From positions 1 to 28,371 of the IMG/VR virus record IMGVR_UViG_3300030372_001252: a DNA stretch of 28,371 bases; one strand, 5' to 3'. The notes under the pieces were generated by a model that saw nothing but the letters and a program-made list of their open reading frames with translations, was not told the origin of the DNA and ran no database searches. The DNA comes from a virus (Duplodnaviria > Caudoviricetes). The position numbers and the translations under genes are program-made. This document shows, in pieces, positions 18,447 to 26,079 of this stretch (its first letter is position 1; every line of letters starts with the position of its first letter).

Positions 18447-19385
18447 CTAAACTGTTTCACCGCCACCACCACCTAAACCTGTACCTCCCGTGCTTGCCGT
18501 ACCATACGACATCATAGCACCACCTATAGAACCAGCTACATTAGATATAGTCTGACCCCATACCATATCAGCTGCTGTTCCTGGGCTTGCCATGAAACCT
18601 CTAACTGGTTGTGGTCCAAAGTCTGATTCAACTAATACTCTAGGCAGTGTATATTCTGCTACAGGTATAGGACGTTGTTTGAGTGGTTCTGGTAATACAC
18701 CAGGATCTAACATCTTACTTGCAAACGCTGTTAAATCAGCGGATGATTTGTCTCTTATAATTTCTTGTAAAGCTGAATAAGCATTCCGTTCGTTACTATC
18801 TAAAGATGCATTCAACATTTCCATTTGCCTACCGTAGTCTGCCATGGTTGCTTGCATACCTTTAACAGCACTTCGACCAGAAGCTGATCTAGCTCTTAAT
18901 GCACCTTCAGCTTGAAGCATTTCAAGATAAGTTTCATTACGATCAAATCTTGCTTCAGTTTTTGATTCTTCTAATTTAACTATCTCACTATCCATAGCAG
19001 ATTTAGCTGCCATATTGTTGAGAGTTACTTGGTCTTGGAATATATCATCTGATCTCTTGAATGCCATCTCATTAGATGTTTGTTGTGCATTCCTTATTTT
19101 TAATGCATAGTCATATTGATCTTGAGCTGCTGCATCTTTATATGCTCGTACCTTTCCTTCGTTACGAGCCTCTACCATAATACGATCTACAGCTTCTTGC
19201 CGTTGAGCTTGAAGCTGTTTCTTCTTCATGTCCCATGCATCTAGATCATATTGCCATCTAGCATGGGTTGCGTGTGCCTGTTGTTCTGCTTGGTCGGCAG
19301 CTGCAGAAGCTGCTTTACTACCTCCTATTACATTACCAGCAACTGATACAGCTGCTCCTACAGCAAATGGTACCCATGCTGCCAT
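18447..19385 (-). CDS. gp14: Internal virion protein, gp14-like
   Basis: 312 aa with a hydrophobic G/A-rich N-terminus, Q/A-rich coiled middle and G-rich C-terminus. Synteny fits. Confidence 0.7.
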   Translation of the reverse strand: MAAWVPFAVGAAVSVAGNVIGGSKAASAAADQAEQQAHATHARWQYDLDAWDMKKKQLQAQRQEAVDRIMVEARNEGKVRAYKDAAAQDQYDYALKIRNAQQTSNEMAFKRSDDIFQDQVTLNNMAAKSAMDSEIVKLEESKTEARFDRNETYLEMLQAEGALRARSASGRSAVKGMQATMADYGRQMEMLNASLDSNERNAYSALQEIIRDKSSADLTAFASKMLDPGVLPEPLKQRPIPVAEYTLPRVLVESDFGPQPVRGFMASPGTAADMVWGQTISNVAGSIGGAMMSYGTASTGGTGLGGGGGETV

Positions 19386-21988
19386 TAGAATTTCCTCCTA
19401 TAGAATCTTGGTGAGTAATGACCTTCCCACATCATAGAGTTTAAAGACACTGGAAATGGTGAGTCATTAAATATTCTAAGTTGGAAGTTATCTGTTCTTT
19501 GATGTATTGGTATAGAGAATATATTGCTGCTAGATAGAGCTACATCATTAGCTAGATATGTATCAGCTATAGTTGTTGATTCTATGTTATACCATTCATC
19601 TAGATATATTACAATCTCAGCACCGTTAATTGGAGCTGTATTGAATGTTATTTGTGTATCTCCTGATACCGTGAATGCTGTTACTTCAGCACCGTCTACT
19701 TTAACTTTTATCTGATCGCTATCTGTATAAGATATATCATCTTCTATCCATGAAAATACAGTAGTACTACCGTCACCAGTGTAGGTTTTAGAACCTTGTC
19801 TAACACCTGTAGACTTGAGTTTAAACCCTAGACCACCTGATAGACCAACAGCAAACTTCATTCTATTGATAGTTAAGTTAGCAGTATAGTCAGTTATCTT
19901 CTGCTCGTCATCTGATCTAAAGTATGTCTTAGGTAAGATTACATCTAGATCATATCTCCAACCTACAATTACATCACTAGCTACACTAGTTAAGTTCTTC
20001 TTAGGTACTTTAAAGTATGTACCATTACCATCTGTAGCTACTGTTGGGTTAGTAGAGAATCCAGATTCAACTAGTGCTCCAGATGCAGCTGTACCTTTAA
20101 TAACTAATACAGGTTTTAAACCAGTTACATTATTCCAAGGTATATAGCATTTAGAGAATTCATTAGTAGAATCCCATACTACTGAAGTTGCTGTAGCATA
20201 TAGATCCATACATGGGTTAATTGAAGTACCATCATTATTAACTATAATAGCGTCTGATGGACTCTGACTCATACTAGCTTGAGATAAAGTAAACTGACTA
20301 CCTTGTTTAGTAACAGTGTATAATTCATCTGAATCACTAGCTATAGCTTGTACAGTACCACATGTTTTCCAGTTAAACCAAGACTCAACTAATAATTCTT
20401 TACCATCATGGTATGTTCTAAAGAAATAGATATACCTAGATGATTGACTAGACATAGCTAAGAATTGGTTCTGTGGACTAGCTATTAAAGTATCTATTGT
20501 AGCTGGTACCCACTCATTAACTACTCTACCTATGTCTAATACAGTTGGTGATTCATCTTGTCCTTTAGTTAACATGTAGAATGTTCTAGTATAACTTGGT
20601 GTCTTAGCTATAAAGTGTATGTTTGTACCTATATCAACTGGGTCTACATCTGTAGACATTTCATAGTTAGAAATAGTTCTTACGTTAGCTGTGCTAGGTG
20701 TAAGCACACCATCAGCAGCTGACAGTAGGAACTGTTGATTCTTACTGAATAGGATTAAACCCTGAACAGTAGGTAATACAGCATGTAAAGCTGCAGGTCT
20801 AATAGTAGAACAACTTACATCTACTGGATCAGCATCAGTTACTATCTGTGCTGATGTATGATAAAAGTTATAGAAGTCTTGAGATTGACTCATAGACACA
20901 TTATCTTGAGATAAGAATCCTAACCTATTGTTATAAAAGAAAGATTGTTCTATCTTAGATCCTACAAAACTAGGATGTGAATTAGTTTTATCATCTCCTA
21001 CTATACGATCAATCCATGTAGCTTGTCTAAATGTAAAGTTATTGAGGGATGTATTGACTAACTCATGAGGCATTGTGGCTGAATCTAATCCTGCAGATAC
21101 AGTAGGGTCTCTTGTTTCACCCCAGTAACCTGGACCAGATGTACCATTATCAGCTTCAAACTTAGCAAAGTATGTATCATTAGTAGATGATGTATTCTGT
21201 ACTTTAACTGTATGACCATCAAAAGATTCTAATGGTAATTGAGATACATTATCTACTTGATCTTGAAAGACTCTCATAGATGAACCAGAATCACCACCAC
21301 TAGCTTCAATAGTTATAGTAGAGTTACTGTCTGTTAAATGTAGAGATTCAAGATATTGTGTTGTTGTTAAACCAGATACACCTAAGTTATCTATAGCAGT
21401 TTTAAACGCAGCTAATATACTAACGTAACTTGATCCTGTATTAGATGTATGAGTTATAGTAGTACCATTAAGTATAACTTTATACTCATTACTTAAAGGA
21501 CTACCACTTAATACTATAGTAGCTTTTCTGTTAGCATTGAATGTAGGAGCAGCTTGAGCAGCTACAGTATGTAAATTATTAGTTATAATAGATGTATCCT
21601 GTACAGTTAGTACCTCATAATTAACTCTTGCTCCTGTTAAATAATTAACTGCATTAGTAGATGTAGATGTATCCATATTAACAGTACATGCAGTACCATC
21701 AATATTCCATATATCTATATCACCGAAACCACTATTAGGTTTAGGTTTAATACATCCTATATACTTCTCATCTGCAGTTCTAGCTATGTAGAACCATTTA
21801 GCATTATCATATGTGGTACCAGTACCTAAGTTAGCAATCCATTTTAAGCCTGGTCTTTTAGTTAAACCAAAGGTAGGGTCAGGATACCCATTTAGGCACT
21901 CTGTAACCTGCCCTGGAAGCTTCTTATCATCTGATTGTCTAGATACCCCACCTAGATAATTATCTATTCGTTGGGTTATTGCTGGCAT
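19385..21988 (-). CDS. gp12: Tail tubular protein B (nozzle)
   Basis: 867 aa with I.NYLGGVSRQ.D, GLTKRPG, R.VGDD.TN.HPSFVG, FFYNNRLGFLS and WEGHYSPRFYRR, all gp12 hallmarks. Confidence 0.92.
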   Translation of the reverse strand: MPAITQRIDNYLGGVSRQSDDKKLPGQVTECLNGYPDPTFGLTKRPGLKWIANLGTGTTYDNAKWFYIARTADEKYIGCIKPKPNSGFGDIDIWNIDGTACTVNMDTSTSTNAVNYLTGARVNYEVLTVQDTSIITNNLHTVAAQAAPTFNANRKATIVLSGSPLSNEYKVILNGTTITHTSNTGSSYVSILAAFKTAIDNLGVSGLTTTQYLESLHLTDSNSTITIEASGGDSGSSMRVFQDQVDNVSQLPLESFDGHTVKVQNTSSTNDTYFAKFEADNGTSGPGYWGETRDPTVSAGLDSATMPHELVNTSLNNFTFRQATWIDRIVGDDKTNSHPSFVGSKIEQSFFYNNRLGFLSQDNVSMSQSQDFYNFYHTSAQIVTDADPVDVSCSTIRPAALHAVLPTVQGLILFSKNQQFLLSAADGVLTPSTANVRTISNYEMSTDVDPVDIGTNIHFIAKTPSYTRTFYMLTKGQDESPTVLDIGRVVNEWVPATIDTLIASPQNQFLAMSSQSSRYIYFFRTYHDGKELLVESWFNWKTCGTVQAIASDSDELYTVTKQGSQFTLSQASMSQSPSDAIIVNNDGTSINPCMDLYATATSVVWDSTNEFSKCYIPWNNVTGLKPVLVIKGTAASGALVESGFSTNPTVATDGNGTYFKVPKKNLTSVASDVIVGWRYDLDVILPKTYFRSDDEQKITDYTANLTINRMKFAVGLSGGLGFKLKSTGVRQGSKTYTGDGSTTVFSWIEDDISYTDSDQIKVKVDGAEVTAFTVSGDTQITFNTAPINGAEIVIYLDEWYNIESTTIADTYLANDVALSSSNIFSIPIHQRTDNFQLRIFNDSPFPVSLNSMMWEGHYSPRFYRRKF

Positions 21989-22611
21989 TATCTTCTAAGT
22001 GCATGAAATGGTTGATAAGCTGGGTAGTAATTTGTCTGTTCATTTGGATGACCAAATATAGTGAACTGACCTTGTTGTGTTTCGTACTCTAAAGCAGTCG
22101 CTCTAGCAAATGCTTCTTGTTGTTGTAGCATTTCATATTGATCTGCATCTCCTATTATTCTTTGAGATGTAATAGATGCAGCTCTAGCTACTATAAATTG
22201 TTGTATTGGTTCTGGTATATCTACCCAATCAAATTCCCATACGACATCACACTCTACTTTATCATGGTTAGGCCATGTGTATCTGTGGTTAAACCTATCG
22301 TATAGTTTTCCTTGTCTTCTTATACCATCATAATCCATGTTAGAAGTATTCTTAGTCAACTTCAATTGGAGTACATTATTAGGTATAGGAATCTCATCAT
22401 TAACATCAGGTATAAAATCGTAATGGTTCTCTCTATTGAAAGTCCATCCTTCAGATTGTACTTCCCTTGTTATTTGTAACAACGTATCGTATGCAATCGC
22501 AACGTCAGGGTTGGTAGTGTCCAACGTAGTTACAGGTGCCTGACCACATGACGACAGGATTTGATTTATAGCGGGTAATTCTTGAGCAGCGTTAGTGGTT
22601 GGAAAAGGCAT
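21988..22611 (-). CDS. gp11: Tail tubular protein A (adaptor/gatekeeper)
   Basis: ELPAINQILSSCGQAPVTTL, VQSEGWTFN, KLYDR. Follows the capsid gene. Confidence 0.92.
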   Translation of the reverse strand: MPFPTTNAAQELPAINQILSSCGQAPVTTLDTTNPDVAIAYDTLLQITREVQSEGWTFNRENHYDFIPDVNDEIPIPNNVLQLKLTKNTSNMDYDGIRRQGKLYDRFNHRYTWPNHDKVECDVVWEFDWVDIPEPIQQFIVARAASITSQRIIGDADQYEMLQQQEAFARATALEYETQQGQFTIFGHPNEQTNYYPAYQPFHALRR

Positions 22612-22625
22612 AATATTAATATAAG

Positions 22626-22653
22626 AAAAAAGGAGGACTCCTAAGAATCCTCC
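22626..22653 (-). terminator. Intrinsic terminator after the major capsid gene (T-phi equivalent)
   Basis: GGAGGATTC-TTAG-GAGTCCTCC followed by TTTTTT. Confidence 0.88.
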
Positions 22654-22667
22654 ATATAAACATGTGC

Positions 22668-23813
22668 TTAGAATGCAGCGTTGCCAGAAGATCCGACAGC
22701 AGCACCAGCAACAAGTTCCACAGCAGCAGCTGGGTTTAGATAGTCGGCTCCCATTGCGAGTCTACCGAGTATCACGTCACCTTGGTAAACCACGGAAACG
22801 TCACCAGATGTTACTTGAACTTGTGGTCCGATTGCTTCAACTACACCAGCAGCTTCTTTCTGGAAGATAAGTCCACAAGAGTTAGCGAATTCTGTCTCTT
22901 CACCATACTCGTTGTTGATTCCAGTTACGTCAGCAGCAGCGTCTTCGACAGCTTCACCAACGAATGAACCTACGTTACCAGGAGATGTTACTCCAGGGTT
23001 TGTAGCAGATGCAGAACCGTACTTAGTACCATATGTTGAGAAGAAAGGTATGTTCATAGACTTGTAGATCTTGATACCAGCAATCTCAATGATTCCGTTA
23101 CCAGACTGCAAGGCTGTACCTTGTGCATCTCTGTTTACAAGACCGTTAGATCCTACAGCTTGGATAAGCTCATAGTACTGTCTTGGGTTAAGTACACCTA
23201 CACGACCTTCAGAGCTAACGCCCTTCTCGTCTAGTGCAGCTGCAGCATCGTAGAATGCATTGATTAGTGAAGCAGCAACATAAGCATCGGATGCTTGGTT
23301 GTTGGTACCTACACGAATCTGTGTTCCACCTGGCTCTACGAAACCAGACTTAGTGATAGGTGATGCAGCTCTAGCTCCACGAGCAATAGAACGGAAGATC
23401 AATCTATCATACTTTTGAGCAAGAGCGTATCCAATCTTCTTAGATATTTCTCCCCTCAATTCATAATGAGCCAATGTTTCGTCTAGCTCGTATACGAATG
23501 CTGAACTAATAAGTAGGTCATCTACTGTAATAGTCTTCTCAGCTACAGGAGGTGAACCATCACTGTTACCGAGTATGGACTGGCCTGGTACATGGTACTC
23601 GGCTTTTGTGTGTCCTGTGTAGATGAACTGTAAACTCTTACCATTTTTAAGAGTTCTCTTCATCACAAGATCCCTAGCTATTGCATTGTGCTGGAATCCT
23701 TTAAACATCTCACCTGAAAACAGCTTGAGATATAGTGCTCTTGCGTCACCCGTTGCGTTTGATTGACCTTGACGGGTTAACGAGGCATTACTATGGGTTG
23801 CCTGTTGGGCCAT
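22668..23813 (-). CDS. gp10: Major capsid protein
   Basis: ALYLKLFSGEMFKGF, RTLKNGKSLQF, EKTITVDDLLIS, GYALAQKYDRLI: T7 gp10 family. Confidence 0.96.
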   Translation of the reverse strand: MAQQATHSNASLTRQGQSNATGDARALYLKLFSGEMFKGFQHNAIARDLVMKRTLKNGKSLQFIYTGHTKAEYHVPGQSILGNSDGSPPVAEKTITVDDLLISSAFVYELDETLAHYELRGEISKKIGYALAQKYDRLIFRSIARGARAASPITKSGFVEPGGTQIRVGTNNQASDAYVAASLINAFYDAAAALDEKGVSSEGRVGVLNPRQYYELIQAVGSNGLVNRDAQGTALQSGNGIIEIAGIKIYKSMNIPFFSTYGTKYGSASATNPGVTSPGNVGSFVGEAVEDAAADVTGINNEYGEETEFANSCGLIFQKEAAGVVEAIGPQVQVTSGDVSVVYQGDVILGRLAMGADYLNPAAAVELVAGAAVGSSGNAAF

Positions 23814-23872
23814 TGTTAAATGTTAAATGATATGTACTTTCTTCAGCTGAAATTTTTTTGATCAGTTTTGTT

Positions 23873-23928
23873 GTGGTCTATCCCACCGTCTAGACGGCAT
23901 GAGGGTATCCCCGTGGGGGCCAGATGCC
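23873..23928 (-). promoter_or_regulatory. GC-rich structured leader upstream of the capsid gene
   Basis: GGCAT/ATGCC outer stem enclosing CCCC-CAC-GGGG, then a GTCTA/TAGAC stem. Contains the 12-bp palindrome CCGTCTAGACGG (23886-23897). Confidence 0.5.
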
Positions 23929-23930
23929 AA

Positions 23931-24050
23931 TTAGTTAGAGGTCCGACATTGAGGTGTCTCTAACCTATGATAATTTAAGTGTGCTGTTTCTACAGCAATA
24001 AAAAAGGCTAGTAATCCGAAGACCACTAGCCATAATTCATTGATTTTCAA
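23931..24050 (-). CDS. Possible 39-aa single-TM peptide (TTG start; KINELWLVVFGLLAFFIAVETAHLNYHRLETPQCRTSN)
   Basis: The TTG overlaps the upstream TGA (TTGA) with GAGGAGG upstream. It has a hydrophobic core but overlaps a terminator hairpin. Confidence 0.45.
   Translation of the reverse strand: MKINELWLVVFGLLAFFIAVETAHLNYHRLETPQCRTSN
24000..24031 (-). terminator. Intrinsic terminator closing the psbA/riboswitch cassette
   Basis: GGCTAGTGGTC-TTCG-GATTACTAGCC (cUUCGg tetraloop, 11-bp stem with two G-U pairs) followed by TTTTTT. Confidence 0.85.
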
Positions 24051-24181
24051 AGCGTTGAAAGAGCCTCCTCTAGGGAGATGTCCTCATCGAACTTTTCTTC
24101 TTTCTTTACTTCCTCTTTCACTTCTGGTTCAGGAGAAATCCTTGTTACAAAAGCAGGGGAATGTGTAGCTTGTTGTGCCAT
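24047..24181 (-). CDS. 44-aa acidic peptide with a capsid-like N-terminus (MAQQATHSPAFVTRISPEPEVKEEVKKEEKFDEDISLEEALSTL)
   Basis: Hand-translated. TAATG overlap with the YRG peptide stop. Confidence 0.7.
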   Translation of the reverse strand: MAQQATHSPAFVTRISPEPEVKEEVKKEEKFDEDISLEEALSTL

Positions 24182-24288
24182 TAGCAATAAGTTTTCTTGG
24201 TGTATGATACGCCACGATACTTGAGTTTAGTTAGTCTCTTAAAAGCTTCTTGCTCTTTGATGCGAGCTTGGAGTTCTAGTGCTGACAT
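24181..24288 (-). CDS. DUF4278-type 'downstream peptide' (MSALELQARIKEQEAFKRLTKLKYRGVSYTKKTYC)
   Basis: L.YRGV.Y motif, GAGG RBS 8 nt before the ATG, directly behind the riboswitch. Confidence 0.82.
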   Translation of the reverse strand: MSALELQARIKEQEAFKRLTKLKYRGVSYTKKTYC

Positions 24289-24305
24289 AGTTAATACCTC
24301 TAGTA

Positions 24306-24358
24306 CCTAAGCCCCGTTCCATGCTCAGGTTTCATGCGTCCTATAACAGGATGAACGG
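24306..24358 (-). ncRNA. Glutamine-II riboswitch (Downstream-peptide RNA motif)
   Basis: CCGTTCATCCTGTTATAGGACGCATGAAACCTGAGCATGGAACGGGGCTTAGG. P1 is CCGTTC/GAACGG, P2 is TCCTG/TAGGA, and the pseudoknot is CCTGAGC/GCTTAGG. Conserved CGTTCA, GACGCA and ATGGAACGGGG are present, with a YRG peptide downstream. Confidence 0.88.
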
Positions 24359-24367
24359 ACGTGACGT

Positions 24368-24424
24368 TTATTTCTTAGGGGGTCTCCCTTTCTTGGTACC
24401 GTATGTACCTTTTCCTTTAGGCAT
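24368..24424 (-). CDS. 18-aa basic peptide [18 protein letters not shown] (AT-hook-like GRP)
   Basis: Strong GGAGGT Shine-Dalgarno inside the psbA 3' end. The ATG lies within the last psbA codons. Confidence 0.65.
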   Translation of the reverse strand: MPKGKGTYGTKKGRPPKK

Positions 24425-25478
24425 TTTGAATCACCTCCGATGATGTTGATGCGAGATCAAGTGGAAAATTATGAGCGTTTCTTTCATGCATTACTTCCAT
24501 ACCTAGATTAGCACGGTTTAATACATCTGCCCAAGTAGGGACAACCCTACCTCCTGTGGCTAACACGGACTGGTTGAAGTTGAATCCATTGAGATTAAAA
24601 GCCATAGTGGAGATTCCCATACTGGTAAGCCATATGCAAACGACGGGCCAAGTAGCAAGGAAGAAATGTAGGCTACGACTATTGTTAAAGCTGGCATATT
24701 GGAAGATAAGTCTCCCAAAGTAGCCATGAGCCGCAACAATGTTATACGTCTCCTCCTCTTGACCGAATTTATATCCATAGTTCTGCGAGGTAAGCCCAGT
24801 CGTTTCACGAATGAGCGAAGATGTAACAAGACTTCCGTGCATAGCAGCGAATAAAGCTCCACCGAATACCCCTGCAACACCGAGCATATGGAACGGATGC
24901 ATGAGGATATTATGTTCTGCCTGGAAGACAAACATAAAATTGAAAGTCCCTGCAATACCAAGAGGCATTCCATCACTGAAACTTCCTTGCCCAAATGGGT
25001 ATACAAGGAAGACCGAGAAGGCTGCTGCCACTGGTGCAGAATAAGCGACACATATCCATGGTCGCATTCCTAGTCTATAACTAAGTTCCCATTGTCGTCC
25101 CAGGTATGCTGAGATACCGATAAGAAAGTGGAACACAATAAGTTGATATGGTCCTCCGTTATACAACCACTCGTCGAGGGTTGCAGCTTCCCAGATTGGG
25201 TAGAAGTGAAGACCGATTGCATTGCTTGACGGGACAATGGCACCCGATATGATGTTGTTTCCATAGAGTAAAGAGCCAGCTACGGGTTCACGTATACCAT
25301 CTATGTCAACAGGTGGAGCAGCTATGAAAGCTACTATGAAAGCTGTTGTAGCAGTTAAAAGTGCAGGGATCATTAGCACACCAAACCACCCCACGTAGAG
25401 GCGGTTATCAGTGCTAGTAACCCAGTCACAAAAACTCTGCCAGTTGGTATTTGGTTTTGTTAGTGTGGCTGTAGTCAT
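24417..25478 (-). CDS. psbA: Photosystem II reaction centre D1 protein
   Basis: [50 protein letters not shown] and Mn-cluster ligand motifs are intact and the ORF is uninterrupted. Confidence 0.99.
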   Translation of the reverse strand: MTTATLTKPNTNWQSFCDWVTSTDNRLYVGWFGVLMIPALLTATTAFIVAFIAAPPVDIDGIREPVAGSLLYGNNIISGAIVPSSNAIGLHFYPIWEAATLDEWLYNGGPYQLIVFHFLIGISAYLGRQWELSYRLGMRPWICVAYSAPVAAAFSVFLVYPFGQGSFSDGMPLGIAGTFNFMFVFQAEHNILMHPFHMLGVAGVFGGALFAAMHGSLVTSSLIRETTGLTSQNYGYKFGQEEETYNIVAAHGYFGRLIFQYASFNNSRSLHFFLATWPVVCIWLTSMGISTMAFNLNGFNFNQSVLATGGRVVPTWADVLNRANLGMEVMHERNAHNFPLDLASTSSEVIQNA

Positions 25479-25482
25479 TTAT

Positions 25483-25839
25483 TTAAAAAGAGAATTTTGC
25501 TCCTAGCTTTGTGCCGTAGGTGTTGTCAGCATCTTCAACTTGGTTGAAAGATACTTCACCATAGACGCCAAGTTTATCTGTAGCAGAGATAGAGCCACCA
25601 AGCTTGCCAGAGAAATTAGACTCTGAATCAACGCCATCAGCAGCATTAATCGTCTTACCACCTTGGACATAATATGCAAGGGAGCCGAGATTGTTTTCAT
25701 AACCTATGTGTAGGTCAGTTGCTCTTGATGTATAATCAGAGCCAGTGTAGTTAGCGTTTGTTTCAACGTTAACATATGGTCCTGCAAGTACAGGACTAGA
25801 GAATAGTGTAGCTGCAACAGCTAATGATAATTTTTTCAT
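25483..25839 (-). CDS. Small outer-membrane beta-barrel-like protein
   Basis: Signal peptide MKKLSLAVAATLFSSPVLA, alternating amphipathic strands, C-terminal YGTKLGAKFSF ending in Phe. Confidence 0.75.
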   Translation of the reverse strand: MKKLSLAVAATLFSSPVLAGPYVNVETNANYTGSDYTSRATDLHIGYENNLGSLAYYVQGGKTINAADGVDSESNFSGKLGGSISATDKLGVYGEVSFNQVEDADNTYGTKLGAKFSF

Positions 25840-25995
25840 TTAGAATATGCCAGGGATAATTTGTCCAGTCGTGGCGTAAGCTCCTAGAGCTGCCATGATA
25901 CCGAGCATAGCCCATCGGCCATTCTGTAGTTCAGCGTTGTCATTCATAGTGTATTCAGTAGGTGCTTGAAGTTGAATTACTTCTGTGTCGTTCAT
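25840..25995 (-). CDS. hli: High-light inducible protein
   Basis: Hand-translated 51 aa: AELQNGRWAMLG (ExxNGRxAMxG) and C-terminal TGQIIPGIF. Alternative start at 25947. Confidence 0.95.
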   Translation of the reverse strand: MNDTEVIQLQAPTEYTMNDNAELQNGRWAMLGIMAALGAYATTGQIIPGIF

Positions 25996-26018
25996 TAAAA
26001 TAAATGAGTATGTTAATG

Positions 26019-26043
26019 GGCGATGATGAAAGTTCAGGTCGCC
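26019..26043 (-). promoter_or_regulatory. Hairpin in the hli-psbA leader
   Basis: GGCGA-CC-TGA-ACTT-TCA-TCA-TCGCC, 23 nt upstream of the hli ATG. Confidence 0.45.
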
Positions 26044-26079
26044 ACGTGTTTCCTGTATAGGTGAGTGATTAACTACGAC

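Noticed and set aside
22612-22700. T7 10B-style frameshift extension of the capsid
   Set aside because: Only 56 nt, containing a terminator, separate the capsid stop from gp11, and I see no slippery site or extended frame.
24396-24408. NtcA-like box upstream of the riboswitch (GTACATACGGTAC on the minus strand)
   Set aside because: The spacing is GTA-N7-TAC, not the canonical N8, and it lies in the GTYGT codons of the micro-peptide.
24560-25264. Alternative-frame ORFs inside psbA (163 aa, 64 aa and plus-strand ORFs)
   Set aside because: They are by-products of the conserved D1 coding sequence with no independent support.
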